Origin: Armatimonadota bacterium
GTDB taxonomy: Bacteria > Armatimonadota > SYMT01
Length of the DNA stretch: 64,000 nt
NCBI GenBank assembly: GCA_041690135.1
Contig: JAWLHY010000006.1
Coordinates: 64,001-128,000, forward strand
Direction: 5' to 3'
The position numbers and the translations under genes were made by a program. Shown here piece after piece: positions 9,944 through 20,377 of the stretch (the first letter of the stretch is position 1; every line of letters begins with the position of its first letter). The notes beneath the pieces were generated by a model, which did not search any database, had not been told where the DNA came from, and saw only the letters and a program-made list of their open reading frames with translations.

Positions 9944-11284
9944 GTGACTTTCGCCTCATTCGCCGTCGGACTCATGCACTTTCCTCATCTTCGATTGGTC
10001 TGTGGAGTGTCCTTGTTTCTGGGCACTGTCACCTGGAGTTGCGCCTGGCGCTCCACGCATGACCCGGCTCCCGCCGCTGCGGTCGTAGCGGAGAGCCGAT
10101 TTCCGGGCCACGCGTGGCGGCAGGTAAATCCCGGTGTCCAGGGACTGGACGCCGTCCGGCTGCGCGAAGCCGTGCGCTTCCTGGAGCGACATGGCTGCGC
10201 CGACGGAGCCCGGAGCCTGGTCGTTGTGCGGAATGGAGACCTGGTCTGGAGCGGTCCGGACGCGGATCGGATGTACGGGGTGTACTCGTGCACCAAGTCG
10301 TTCACCGGCGCCGTGCTGGGACTATTGATCGACGACGGCAAGTGTACCCTGGAGACCCGTGCCGCGGACGTGCTCCCGGATCTGGCCCCCGCTTACGGGG
10401 AGGTCACCTTCCGCCACTTTGCAACCATGACGTCGGGGTATCGGGCCGCCTGGGACGAACCGCAGGGCGATTACACGAACGGACCGAGCATGACCCCTTT
10501 CGTGCCGGCCTCCACGCCCCTCTTCCAGCCTCCGGGGTCGGCTTACGCCTACTGGGACTCGGCGATGAACATGTTTGCGCGGGTGCTTACCCGAATCGCC
10601 GGTGAGCCGTTGGAAGACCTCTTCCGCCGCCGCATCGCGGACCCGATCGGAATGCTCCCAGGGCGCTGGAAGTGGGGCACCTATGGCATGATCGACGGCG
10701 TGCCGATCAACGGCGGGGCGGGTAACCACAAGGCGCACGTCCTCATCAGTGCCCGCGAGATGGCCCGCTTCGGGCATCTGTATCTCCATCGGGGTCGCTG
10801 GAAGGACCGCCAACTGCTCAGCGCGAAATGGGTGGAAGAGGCGACAAGCCCCCAAGTCCCGGCGGATTACGCAATAAAGAGCGCCGCATTCGACGGGCGC
10901 GGAGTCTACGCTTACAACTGGTGGACCAACGGCATCGGGCCGGACGGGAAGCGGAAGTGGCCGGAAGCCCCGGCAGGCACGTTCGCCGCCAGCGGGTTCA
11001 ACAACAACGACATGTTCGTCATACCCGAGTGGCAGATGGTCGTAGTGCGCCTGGGACAGGACCAGAACGGGTGCGAGATCTCGGACGATACCTATGGGAC
11101 CTTTCTTTCCCTCCTTGGTAAGGCGCTGGTCGACCCACCGCGGGACCCCCTCCCGGATCCTGCGGAGACCGCCGACTCGTCAGCGGTCTCTCCAGCCGTT
11201 GCGGGTGCCCGCCCTGGGACTGATGCTCCTCATGCCGTTCGCGTCCGCGCCGCACGCATCGCCATCCGGGGAGACGACGAGTAA
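9944..11284 (+). CDS. Serine hydrolase, beta-lactamase-like (paralog 1)
   Basis: SxxK (YSCTKS), ISAREMARFGHLYL; start uncertain (ATG at 9974 possible). Confidence 0.85.
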   Translation: MTFASFAVGLMHFPHLRLVCGVSLFLGTVTWSCAWRSTHDPAPAAAVVAESRFPGHAWRQVNPGVQGLDAVRLREAVRFLERHGCADGARSLVVVRNGDLVWSGPDADRMYGVYSCTKSFTGAVLGLLIDDGKCTLETRAADVLPDLAPAYGEVTFRHFATMTSGYRAAWDEPQGDYTNGPSMTPFVPASTPLFQPPGSAYAYWDSAMNMFARVLTRIAGEPLEDLFRRRIADPIGMLPGRWKWGTYGMIDGVPINGGAGNHKAHVLISAREMARFGHLYLHRGRWKDRQLLSAKWVEEATSPQVPADYAIKSAAFDGRGVYAYNWWTNGIGPDGKRKWPEAPAGTFAASGFNNNDMFVIPEWQMVVVRLGQDQNGCEISDDTYGTFLSLLGKALVDPPRDPLPDPAETADSSAVSPAVAGARPGTDAPHAVRVRAARIAIRGDDE

Positions 11285-12338
11285 GGGGATGATCTTTCCC
11301 GGCAGGGAATGGCAGGAAGCGAGCCCCGCTTCGCAGGGACTTGATCCGGAAGGGCTCCGCGGCGCCATCGACTACCTGGAACGCCACGCCGGACAAGACG
11401 GAGCCCGGGAACTGGTGATCGTTCGCAACGGCTATCTGGTGTGGCGCGGGCCGGCGGCGGACAAGGTGCACGGGGTCTGGTCCTGCACCAAGGCGTTCAC
11501 CAGTACTACCCTGGGCCTGTTGATCGACGACGGCAAATGCTCTCTCGACACCCCGGCGCGCGAAATCGTCCCGGCTCTGGCGGACCGCTACGGAGAGGTG
11601 ACTCTCCGCCAGTTCACCACGATGACCTCGGGCTATCGTGCCGTGGGCGATGAGCCACAGGGAACCTACGTTCACGGCCCCAGCAAGACTCCCTTCACGC
11701 CGGGCCTGGAACCCCTCTTCTCCCCACCCGGCTCTGCGTACGCCTATTGGGATTCCGCGATGAACCAGTTCGCGCACGTCCTGACCCGCGTCGCCGGTGA
11801 ACCACTCCACACCCTTTTCCGCCGCCGGATCGCCGAGCCGATCGGCATGGATCCGTCTCACTGGCGCTGGGGGGACTTCGGCCAGGTAGAAGGAACTTCC
11901 GCCGTTGTCAACGGCGGCGCCGGCAACCAGGGACGGAACGTGTTCATCAATGCGCGGGAACTCGCCCGCCTCGGGCACCTCTTTCTCAATCGCGGACGCT
12001 GGAAGGACCGCCAACTGCTCAGCGAGAAGTGGGTGAGCCTGGCTACCAGCGTGCAAGTTCCCGCCGGCCTGGAGCTCCGCGGCGCGCCCATCGACGGGCG
12101 CGGAGTCTACGGATTCAACTGGTGGGTCAACGGCATCACCGTGGACGGTGAGCGGAAGTGGCCGGGAGCGCCGCCGGGCACCTTCGCCGCCAGCGGGTTC
12201 AACAACAACGACATGTTCGTCATCCCGGAGTGGCGGATGGTCGTGGTGCGCCTGGGCCTGGACGAGGGTACCCGTGAGATCACCGATGCGGTCTACGGCA
12301 GCTTCCTGGCGAAACTGGGCGCGGCCCTGCGGAACTGA
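11223..12338 (+). CDS. Serine hydrolase, beta-lactamase-like (paralog 2)
   Basis: WSCTKA; strongly similar to upstream gene; start uncertain (11223 or 11289). Confidence 0.85.
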   Translation: MLLMPFASAPHASPSGETTSKGMIFPGREWQEASPASQGLDPEGLRGAIDYLERHAGQDGARELVIVRNGYLVWRGPAADKVHGVWSCTKAFTSTTLGLLIDDGKCSLDTPAREIVPALADRYGEVTLRQFTTMTSGYRAVGDEPQGTYVHGPSKTPFTPGLEPLFSPPGSAYAYWDSAMNQFAHVLTRVAGEPLHTLFRRRIAEPIGMDPSHWRWGDFGQVEGTSAVVNGGAGNQGRNVFINARELARLGHLFLNRGRWKDRQLLSEKWVSLATSVQVPAGLELRGAPIDGRGVYGFNWWVNGITVDGERKWPGAPPGTFAASGFNNNDMFVIPEWRMVVVRLGLDEGTREITDAVYGSFLAKLGAALRN

Positions 12339-12384
12339 TCCGGAGAGGACAGTGCCGGCGGCGCCGGCCTAGAAAGGAGCGGGG

Positions 12385-13638
12385 ATGCCCCTGACGCACC
12401 GGATCATTCTCACCTCGCTGGCCGTGCCGTTTGCTCTCTCCGCCGTCCTTGCAGGGGAAACCGGAAAGCCCTGGAAGCGCCACACGATCGACGCTTCCTC
12501 GCGCGGAGCGGACGGAGTGCGCCTGGGGGACGTTAACGGCGATCGGCTTCCGGACCTCACCACGGGCTGGGAAGAAGGCGGTCAGGTACGGGTCTATCTC
12601 CATCCCGGTGCCGCTCGGACGAAACAAGCGTGGCCGGCGATTACTGTCGGACAGGCGCGAGCCGTCGAAGACGCGGTGATGGTCGACCTCGACTCGGACG
12701 GAGCCGTCGACGTGGTGAGCTGCGCCGAGGGGAGCACCCGCTCCATGTTCGTCCACTGGGCACCCCGGGAGCCAAAGCGTTACGTTCGGCCGGAGGAGTG
12801 GATCACGCAGCCCCTACCGGCCTCGCGGGGAATGATGGCGTGGATGTTCTGCATCCCGCTGCAGGTGGATGGGAAGCGAGGGGTGGACCTGGTCGCCGCG
12901 GGTAAGGGCGCTTCCGCCGCCCTGGGCTGGTGGGAAGCCCCGGCCGATTCCCGCGGCCTAGAAGCCTGGAAGTGGCACCCGCTGCGCCCGGTCGGCTGGA
13001 TCATGTCACTCGCGGCCGAAGATATGGATGGGGATGGAGACGCGGACATCCTGGCCACCGATCGGAAAGGAGCGGCCACCGGTTGCTTCTGGCTCGAGAA
13101 CCCCGGCTCCGGTCCCCGGTCGGCCCAACCGTGGCGCGAGCACCCGGTCGGGGGGCAGGGGCGGGAGGTCATGTTCCTCTCCGTGGCCGATGTAGACGGC
13201 GACGGCCTGCGGGACGTGGTGACCTGCGCCAAGCCCCAGGAGATTCTCTTTCTGAAGCGACTGAGCCGGACCGGCCGCGACTGGGAAACACGCTCGATCC
13301 CGATGCCGGCCAGCGCGGGACGCGCGAAAGCCGTCAACGCCGGCGATCTCGACGGCGACGGAACCACCGACCTGGTCTTTACGTGTGAGAACGCTGTGGA
13401 CGGCAAGTCCGGCGTCATGGCACTGCTCCAGGAGAAAGGCCCGAACGGCTTGCGCTGGCGGCCGTGGGACGTCAGCGGTCCGGACGGAGTGAAGCACGAT
13501 CTGGTGGAACCCCTCGATCTGGACGGCGACGGCGACCTGGACCTGTTGACCTGCGAGGAAACCAAGAATCTCGGGGTCTTCTGGTATGAGAACCCTGCCC
13601 GGCAGCAGATGCGAACAGGAGCTGGCACCCGGAATTGA
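12385..13638 (+). CDS. Secreted FG-GAP/VCBS repeat protein
   Basis: Repeated DxDGDGxxD motifs; signal peptide; AAGGAG RBS. Confidence 0.85.
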   Translation: MPLTHRIILTSLAVPFALSAVLAGETGKPWKRHTIDASSRGADGVRLGDVNGDRLPDLTTGWEEGGQVRVYLHPGAARTKQAWPAITVGQARAVEDAVMVDLDSDGAVDVVSCAEGSTRSMFVHWAPREPKRYVRPEEWITQPLPASRGMMAWMFCIPLQVDGKRGVDLVAAGKGASAALGWWEAPADSRGLEAWKWHPLRPVGWIMSLAAEDMDGDGDADILATDRKGAATGCFWLENPGSGPRSAQPWREHPVGGQGREVMFLSVADVDGDGLRDVVTCAKPQEILFLKRLSRTGRDWETRSIPMPASAGRAKAVNAGDLDGDGTTDLVFTCENAVDGKSGVMALLQEKGPNGLRWRPWDVSGPDGVKHDLVEPLDLDGDGDLDLLTCEETKNLGVFWYENPARQQMRTGAGTRN

Positions 13639-13666
13639 TGCGAGCGGGTTGCCCGGCCGCTGGTAG

Positions 13667-14140
13667 TTATGTCCGCTTCCGGACCGCCAGCTTGCGCCTT
13701 TTCCGCCTGGGCTCATCGACCACCTGCCCGAAGTAGCGCAGACGACGCCGCAGGTAGACCCGGTATTTCTTTCCCACGGCAAGTAAAAACGCGGCGGAAA
13801 GACACAGCGCAGCGGACCCGAGGAAGATACCGGGAACGACGCTGAGCCACTGCGCTTCGTTCGGGCCCGAATCGATCAGCCGGAAGCAGCCCATGCCCAG
13901 GGCAATCAATCCCATACCCACGGCGGCGGCACTGAGGCCCACGCGGCCTTCCAGGCGCCGCACGCGAAAAGCCGTCTCTTCGGCCCAGCGGATCTCCTCC
14001 TCACGCCACCGCTGATCTTCCTGCTGCGCCTGGTCCAGGGTACGACCGGAGTTATCCCGCAGCGCAGAGCCGCCCGTAGCCTCAAGGGCCGGCTCCCAAC
14101 CGGCCTTCTGGCCGGGCTCTAGCTCTTGTTCGAGGGGCAT
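13667..14140 (-). CDS. Hypothetical membrane protein (2 TM)
   Basis: Two hydrophobic segments, basic C-terminus. Confidence 0.6.
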   Translation of the reverse strand: MPLEQELEPGQKAGWEPALEATGGSALRDNSGRTLDQAQQEDQRWREEEIRWAEETAFRVRRLEGRVGLSAAAVGMGLIALGMGCFRLIDSGPNEAQWLSVVPGIFLGSAALCLSAAFLLAVGKKYRVYLRRRLRYFGQVVDEPRRKRRKLAVRKRT

Positions 14141-14261
14141 CTGCGTTCCGGAAGTCTAAAGCCGACGTCGCAGGTGACGCCGGGTCCTTCCTCACCATTG
14201 TGTCGCGAGCAGCGGGGAGTTGAAAAGCCCGTTTGCGCGACCGGCCCGGATCGCGTGTACC

Positions 14262-14780
14262 CTACCGGTGGGACGAGGTGGCGGTCGCGCTGCCGACCTC
14301 GATGCAATAACAGTCCGCCCACCGCAGCAGGAGCCGCCGCAAGAGGGAGACGCACCGCCGCGGCAAGGTAACGCAGAAGGCCAGCGCCAGCACTCCGGCC
14401 ACTGCGGAGGCGCACACCGTAAAGCTTTCACCATACAAGAAAGCCGCTTCGACGTGGTTCCGTGTTTCCGGAGGACTCACGCAAAGCAACCAGAAAGCAA
14501 CCACCAGCACAATGGGTTCGACGACGAGCAGTGTGAGGCAGAGCCACGGGAAGGCGCGCTCTTCCACCCGTTCCAGGCGCTCCATGCGCCGCAGGTATCG
14601 TCGCATTCGCCGGGAGCGCTGCGCGCGCCAAAGATGGTCTACCTTTCGGGCTCTTTCCAGCGCCGCACCTGCCGAGGCTTCCGGATCCGAAGTATCCCTT
14701 CCTTGCAGGCATTCCAGGGAGCATGGATCCACGATGAAGGGGGACTCCGGAGCCACTGGGAAGGAGTGTAGACGCGGCAT
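14262..14780 (-). CDS. Hypothetical membrane protein (2 TM)
   Basis: GGAG RBS before ATG 14780; two hydrophobic segments. Confidence 0.5.
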   Translation of the reverse strand: MPRLHSFPVAPESPFIVDPCSLECLQGRDTSDPEASAGAALERARKVDHLWRAQRSRRMRRYLRRMERLERVEERAFPWLCLTLLVVEPIVLVVAFWLLCVSPPETRNHVEAAFLYGESFTVCASAVAGVLALAFCVTLPRRCVSLLRRLLLRWADCYCIEVGSATATSSHR

Positions 14781-14931
14781 GCTGCGCTCCTGTCGGGTCA
14801 CGGTCCACTGATCCTCTTGTACGCCGGTGCAACCGTACCCAAACCCCCGGCAACAGCACCCTGCCGTTTCCGCTGACAAAAAAGCGGGCATCAGTTCAGC
14901 GGAGACTGCACGAGAGTTGAGGAGCCTGATA

Positions 14932-16248
14932 ATGCGTAGACAGAAGCCAGCCGGCCTGGGTGTCCTGGCAATCGCCGCGATCGGATTGTGGAGCGCCGGT
15001 TGCAATAACAACGGTCGCGATCCGGCTGCCCGCACCAGTCTACCCGGCGAACAAACGGTAGAAGCGCAGAGCCCCCTCTCCGGCCGCGAGCCATGGTATC
15101 CCGGCGCCCTGGAGATCCCCGAGTCGATCCGGGGACAGGAGTTGATTGAAAACCAGGAGGGAAGTCGCGCCTTCCCCTCGGTCCTGTCACCCACCGATAC
15201 CCGCATGAGCCGCCTACAGCTTCCCGCGGGTTTCCGGATCACCCGCTTCGCGGAGGGACTGGGCTCACCGCGGATGATGGCGGTGGGAGACGATGGGACG
15301 CTCTACGTTACCCGGCCGAAGAGCGCCGACGTGTTGGCCCTGCGGGATACGAATAGCGATGGCCGAGCGGAAGCTCCTGACCGGGTGATCCAGGGTCTGG
15401 CGGATGTGCACGGCATTGCCCTCCGCTCCGGACAGATGTTCGTCGCCACGGTGGACGCCGTTTACTCGGCGCCCATCCAGAACAACAGAGTCGGCGAGCG
15501 CCGGAAGGTGCTCGACGGACTCCCTCCCGGCGGGCGTCACCCGAACCGCACCCTTGCCTTCGGGCCGGACGGCATGCTCTACCTAACGGTGGGAAGCACC
15601 TGTAACTGCTGCGTGGAGCGGAGCCCGGAGAGCGCGACCGTTCTCCGGGTGCGCCCGGACAGCGGCAGCCGGGAGATCTTCGCGACCGGCCTCCGCAACA
15701 CGGTGGGATTCGGATTTCATCCCGCGACCGGGGAACTGTGGGGGATGGACCACGGCACGGACTGGCTCGGCGACGAAGTGCCGCCGGAGGAACTCAACCG
15801 CCTTGAGCAGGGGAACCACTACGGATGGCCCTTCGCCTACGGCGATAACCAGCTCATCGAGATCCAGGACTACCCCAGCTTCCTTAACCCGCAGCAATAT
15901 CTGGCCCGCTCCACTCCGTCGGTCCTGCAATACGCGGCCCACGCGGCCCCGCTGCAGATGGTCTTCTATACCGGAAGCCAGTTCCCAGCCGAGTACCGGA
16001 ATGACGCCTTCGTGGCCATGCACGGTTCGTGGAACCGGCGACCACCCGTGGGTTACGAAGTGGCGCGCATCCGGTTCCAGAACGGCAAGCCGGCCCGCAT
16101 CGAACCGTTCCTCACCGGCTTCCTCCTAAACGAACAACCCACCACCTTCGGTCGCCCCTGCGGCCTGGCCGTGGGCCGTGACGGCTCCCTCTTCCTGGGA
16201 GACGACGCCACGGGCGTGATCTACAAGATCATGTACGGAGGGAGCTAA
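14932..16248 (+). CDS. PQQ-dependent sugar/sorbosone dehydrogenase family lipoprotein
   Basis: Lipobox-like SAGC; GSTCN, GLRN, YGWP, HGSWNR, GRP motifs; GAGGAG RBS. Confidence 0.88.
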   Translation: MRRQKPAGLGVLAIAAIGLWSAGCNNNGRDPAARTSLPGEQTVEAQSPLSGREPWYPGALEIPESIRGQELIENQEGSRAFPSVLSPTDTRMSRLQLPAGFRITRFAEGLGSPRMMAVGDDGTLYVTRPKSADVLALRDTNSDGRAEAPDRVIQGLADVHGIALRSGQMFVATVDAVYSAPIQNNRVGERRKVLDGLPPGGRHPNRTLAFGPDGMLYLTVGSTCNCCVERSPESATVLRVRPDSGSREIFATGLRNTVGFGFHPATGELWGMDHGTDWLGDEVPPEELNRLEQGNHYGWPFAYGDNQLIEIQDYPSFLNPQQYLARSTPSVLQYAAHAAPLQMVFYTGSQFPAEYRNDAFVAMHGSWNRRPPVGYEVARIRFQNGKPARIEPFLTGFLLNEQPTTFGRPCGLAVGRDGSLFLGDDATGVIYKIMYGGS

Positions 16249-16284
16249 CGGGTGAAGCACCGCACCCTTCGCTAACCTTAGGTT

Positions 16285-17610
16285 TCACGGGTTGGAGCCC
16301 CAGGCGCCACGAGCCCAGTCCGCCATCCGACGCGGGTCACCCTGCCAGAGCCGGTCCTGCGCCCACGGCCGGGCCTCCGGCGGGGTGTCGAAATCCAGTC
16401 GGATCACCGGAAAGAGCGGGGTGGGTGGCGACTGCGGCAGGCATGATAGGGTTAAATAATCTTCGGTTTGTGAGTGAGGCAGTTCCTGCCCGGTGGTCAG
16501 CAGGACCGCGCGCTTCACCGCGGTTTCCAGACCGGCCAGTGTCAGGGTATCGCGCCCGTCCCAGAAGCGGATCACCAGGTAGAGCGAATTCCCCTTGCGG
16601 ATCTGACGGCCATAGGTGATGAACTCACACACTTCCCCTGGTTCGGACCCGTAGATTGCTTCTCCGTGGACGTGCATCCATTCGCCGATCTGCTCCATCC
16701 GTTCCACGAATGGCTGTGGCAGGGGACCCTCCGGCTCGGGGCCGACGTTCAAGAGGAGGTTGCCCCCTTTGCTTGCGGAGTCGATCAGCATGTCGAGGAG
16801 CACGTCGGCCGGGCGCCACCGCTCGCCGATCGTATAGCCCCATAGCCGCCAGGTGCTCACCTGGCACGATTCCCAGAGCCGGTCCGGGTCGGGCGTGATG
16901 TGGTGCTCCGGGGTGCCGAAGTCACCCAGGGCGGCGGAATGGCCCACGGCCTCGATCACTCCGCCACCCGAAACCCCGTCGGCCGCATCCACTTTGCCGA
17001 GCCGATTGTTGATGAGGATTTCCGGCTGCAGCGACCGCATCATCTCCACCAGCTCGAAGCTCTTCCAGCGCTGCGCCGAATGCGGCCAGGCCCCGTCGAA
17101 CCAGATTACGTCGATCTTCCCGTAGTTCGAGAGCAGTTCCCGCACCTGCGCGTGGACGGAGTCCCGGAACTCGGCCCAACCCCGGCGGTCCACCTCGGGC
17201 CCCTCCCAGTAGGCGGGAATGCGCCAGTCGGCCAGTGAGTAATAAAGACCCACGCGCAATCCGGCCGACCGGAACGCTTCCACATACTCTCCTACGAAGT
17301 CCCGCTTGGGAGCCTGAGCGGCGCTGGTGTAGTCCGTTGTCCGGGAATCCCAAAGGCAGTACCCGTCGTGGTGCCGGGTAGTGAGGACCCCATAACGCAT
17401 GCCCGCCCTCCTGGCGGTAGCTGCCCACTCCCGCGCATCAAACTGCTGCGGGTTCCAGGCGCAGGCGTTGCGGATGTACTCCCGCTGGTCCAGGTGCTCT
17501 CGGAAGAGGACCTGCTCACCGCGTCCGTACTGCGAGTACGGGCCCCAGTGGATAAAAAGGCCAAAGCGAGCTTCGGGAAACCAACGCCAGTGTTCGGGAA
17601 TACGGCTCAT
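16285..17610 (-). CDS. Alpha-L-fucosidase (GH29)
   Basis: FGLFIHWG, TTRHHDGY, WFDG, GNLLLNVGP. Confidence 0.92.
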   Translation of the reverse strand: MSRIPEHWRWFPEARFGLFIHWGPYSQYGRGEQVLFREHLDQREYIRNACAWNPQQFDAREWAATARRAGMRYGVLTTRHHDGYCLWDSRTTDYTSAAQAPKRDFVGEYVEAFRSAGLRVGLYYSLADWRIPAYWEGPEVDRRGWAEFRDSVHAQVRELLSNYGKIDVIWFDGAWPHSAQRWKSFELVEMMRSLQPEILINNRLGKVDAADGVSGGGVIEAVGHSAALGDFGTPEHHITPDPDRLWESCQVSTWRLWGYTIGERWRPADVLLDMLIDSASKGGNLLLNVGPEPEGPLPQPFVERMEQIGEWMHVHGEAIYGSEPGEVCEFITYGRQIRKGNSLYLVIRFWDGRDTLTLAGLETAVKRAVLLTTGQELPHSQTEDYLTLSCLPQSPPTPLFPVIRLDFDTPPEARPWAQDRLWQGDPRRMADWARGAWGSNP

Positions 17611-18155
17611 TGTAAGTTAGTCCAGGGTCAGCAAGTCGGGTGATGGCCGCTTACCCGTTCAACTCCGACCAGAGCAGGAACCTGCTTCGGACTACACCCT
17701 CCGCCGTCCCTACCATAAACAGACAGGAACCTCACCTGCGGCCGCCGTGGCGAGCAAGGCGCGCCCCACCGGTCAGCAACCTGGATGCGCTCTGATCGCC
17801 GAAGCACGACTCTGGTCGGGAACAGCGCCCCGCCCCTTACCCCATTTGCGCTGGCTTAATTTGGCATGAGCGTGGATGCGGGAACTCCGAGCTGGTTCTC
17901 CCATACCCATTCATTGCGTGGACTCCCCCTCTCTGTGTCGGAGCCGGGCACCCTTTGGGTGGCGGGTACCCACGAAGTGGGTGGCGGGGGGGTGAGGTTA
18001 CCCTGGGTACCGTAGTCGCTAAAGTTGACGCATATACCCGCACCCCTCACCAGAAGGGAACCGGCAACGTTCTGGCCAACAGGATCTCGCGATGTCGCCG
18101 CCGTTCTCCATCCGCGGACCATCTGAGGAATAACCCGGATACGGGTGACGGCCGA

Positions 18156-18191
18156 GCGGATCGGCTCGCATTCCGATCCGAGCCGATCCGC
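18156..18191. other. Perfect 13-bp stem hairpin in leader region
   Basis: GCGGATCGGCTCG-N10-CGAGCCGATCCGC, no U-tract. Confidence 0.7.
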
Positions 18192-18286
18192 GAACTCGAA
18201 CCCACCCAAACCAACCCTCGGCTCGGCGACGCGCGCTCGGACGCTCGCGTCTCCGCAAGACAGTAAACAGAAAGAATCCGGGACCC

Positions 18287-18544
18287 ATGAACTTCAAAGC
18301 CATTCTCGAGAAGTGCAAAGGCGAGACGGTGGTCGTGAACAACTCCGAGGAGCGTACGCTCGTCGACGTCGCCGACGACTTCATCGTGTTGCAGGGCGGC
18401 AACACACAGATGAAGATCATCGACTTCATCCCCTTCAACGCCATCGTCAAGGTCATCCGGGCCGAATACGCAACCGGCTCCCATTCGATTTCGCTGGACC
18501 TGACCATGTCGGCTGGAGACCAGCGGCGCTCGGGCGGCCACTAG
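18287..18544 (+). CDS. Small hypothetical protein (beta-rich, possibly Sm-like)
   Basis: 85 aa with strong GC3 codon bias; fold is inference. Confidence 0.7.
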   Translation: MNFKAILEKCKGETVVVNNSEERTLVDVADDFIVLQGGNTQMKIIDFIPFNAIVKVIRAEYATGSHSISLDLTMSAGDQRRSGGH

Positions 18545-18559
18545 GGCTATTCCGGCTGC

Positions 18560-19333
18560 ATGGACGTCGTAATCCTCGCCGGCGGCGAGTTGGAGGTCGA
18601 GCGGTTCCAGGGTCTGGAACCGCTCGTGCCGTACAAGGCGGCCGTGCCGATCCTGGGGCGGCCGATGGTGGAATGGGTGATCGTGGCCGCCCGCAGTTGC
18701 CCGACGGTCGCCCGAATCCGCGTAGTGACCTATCCCGAACTGCAAAGTCCGGAATGGGAGGAGCTTGAGGCGACCCTGGTTCCGCAAGTGGGAAGTATCG
18801 CCGGCAACCTCCGCGCCGGGCTGGAGGCACTCCCGGATGCGGACCGGGTACTGGTGCTCTCGGGCGACCTCCCCCTGGTGACGCGCGAAGCCCTGGAAAA
18901 CCTGCTCGCCCACGCTCCGGATGCCGATGTCGTTTTTCCTTATGTAGAACGGCGGGATGTACTTCGGGCCTTTCCGGACCGGGAGTGGATCTTTTCGGAA
19001 ACTCCCGAGGGCGCGTTCACGGGCAGCGCGGTCGGCCTGTGCCGTCCCCAGGCGCTTCTTGAGCACTGGCGCTGGGTGGAAGACCTTCTGGAAGCCCGGC
19101 GCAAGAAGCCGCTCGAGCTGGCGGCGATGTTCGGGCTCCCCTTCCTGCTGAAACTCTTCTTCCGGCGTCTCCGCGTACGGGACATCGAGGCGAAGCTCTC
19201 CCATCTCATCCACATCACCGGCCGCGGTTATCAGTCGCCGCATGCTGAACTCGCGATGGACGTGGACAAATTTTCCGATATCGCGTTTGTCGAGGGTGTG
19301 TTGGCCGGCCGCGAGCGACTCCCCAACGTTTGA
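18560..19333 (+). CDS. MobA-like NTP transferase family protein
   Basis: VILAGG, K...ILGRPM, SGDLP, MDVDK. Confidence 0.85.
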   Translation: MDVVILAGGELEVERFQGLEPLVPYKAAVPILGRPMVEWVIVAARSCPTVARIRVVTYPELQSPEWEELEATLVPQVGSIAGNLRAGLEALPDADRVLVLSGDLPLVTREALENLLAHAPDADVVFPYVERRDVLRAFPDREWIFSETPEGAFTGSAVGLCRPQALLEHWRWVEDLLEARRKKPLELAAMFGLPFLLKLFFRRLRVRDIEAKLSHLIHITGRGYQSPHAELAMDVDKFSDIAFVEGVLAGRERLPNV

Positions 19334-19403
19334 ACCGGCACACTCCCGGAAACCATCGGACCAAAGGCCACCAAGAGCCTGGAACGAAATGGGAACGGGA
19401 GAG

Positions 19404-20054
19404 ATGGAACGCAAAGAAGGTTGGGAGTACGGAAATCATGGTCCGGACGATCCGGGCAATGCTACGCTCGTCGACACGGTTACCCCCTATGATCCCACCC
19501 TCCAGTGGGAAACGCTCCGCGAGCCGACCATAGCCTGGACGGCCCAAACGGTAGAGGAGCCCACCCCCTACTGGCGCCACGGGTTGGCCGTGGCCGGCGT
19601 GTTGGCGGCCGTAACCGCGGGGTTCTTCCTAGGGCGGGGTGCCACGGCGCCGGAAAAGGCGCCGCTACCGAACGTACCGCAGAGCAGCGCCGCAGCTCCG
19701 GTCCCCACCGGACCCGCGCCGTCGGTCCCGGTAGTGCTGCCGCAGCCGCCGGACTTACCGCCAGCGATTTCGCCGGCGCCGAGTTTGCAGGCTCGCTCCT
19801 ATTCGCTGCCCGCGCCGCCACCGCATATGGCAGCGCCGGCTCCGCAGCGAAGGATGCCTCCGCCACCGGCGACGGTCGCACGACGCGCGGTCCCGCCACA
19901 GAGTAAGCCGCAAACGGCGCAGCACCCGGTTCGCCCCGAGGCCCCAATGCCGCCGCCCGTCCATCTGTACGGCGTGCGCCGCCCGGAGACGCCTCGGGTG
20001 GTGGCGTCGTGGCAGGCCCGGTTGCCCTCTGTGGAGACCTCCCGGAGCTTCTAA
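19404..20054 (+). CDS. Proline-rich single-TM hypothetical protein
   Basis: GGGAGA RBS; one TM then Pro/Ala-rich tail. Confidence 0.55.
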   Translation: MERKEGWEYGNHGPDDPGNATLVDTVTPYDPTLQWETLREPTIAWTAQTVEEPTPYWRHGLAVAGVLAAVTAGFFLGRGATAPEKAPLPNVPQSSAAAPVPTGPAPSVPVVLPQPPDLPPAISPAPSLQARSYSLPAPPPHMAAPAPQRRMPPPPATVARRAVPPQSKPQTAQHPVRPEAPMPPPVHLYGVRRPETPRVVASWQARLPSVETSRSF

Positions 20055-20078
20055 CGACCACCGACGGAACTGGTACTG

Positions 20079-20118
20079 GTCAGAGTGGCTGCCTGGATCG
20101 AAAGCCAGCCACTCTGAC
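20079..20118. terminator. Strong hairpin after Pro-rich gene (possible terminator)
   Basis: GTCAGAGTGGCTG...CAGCCACTCTGAC stem; weak U-tract. Confidence 0.5.
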
Positions 20119-20377
20119 TTGCGGGAAAGTAGTATGAACCACTGCGGGGTTCAGTAGGCAGAGATTCCGGTTGAACGCTCCTCTACTCTGCGTACGGTCG
20201 GTTCCGAGTCCGCGAAGGTTTACGTCCCGTGGGAGTGCGGACTTCGTTCAGCCGGCCACGGGTTTCAACCCGTGCAAGAGTCGGTCACGAGCGCCCGCCT
20301 TTGTCGGCTGGGAACAACGGAACAGTTATTCCTGACCAGTTCCTGACCCGGCATAGCGGGAAGCAAGAGGGAAACGG

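Noticed and set aside
20123-20212. tRNA-like (tRNA-Sec) fold suggested by GGTTCCGAGTCC
   Set aside because: No anticodon arm with TCA, no matching acceptor stem, no CCA.
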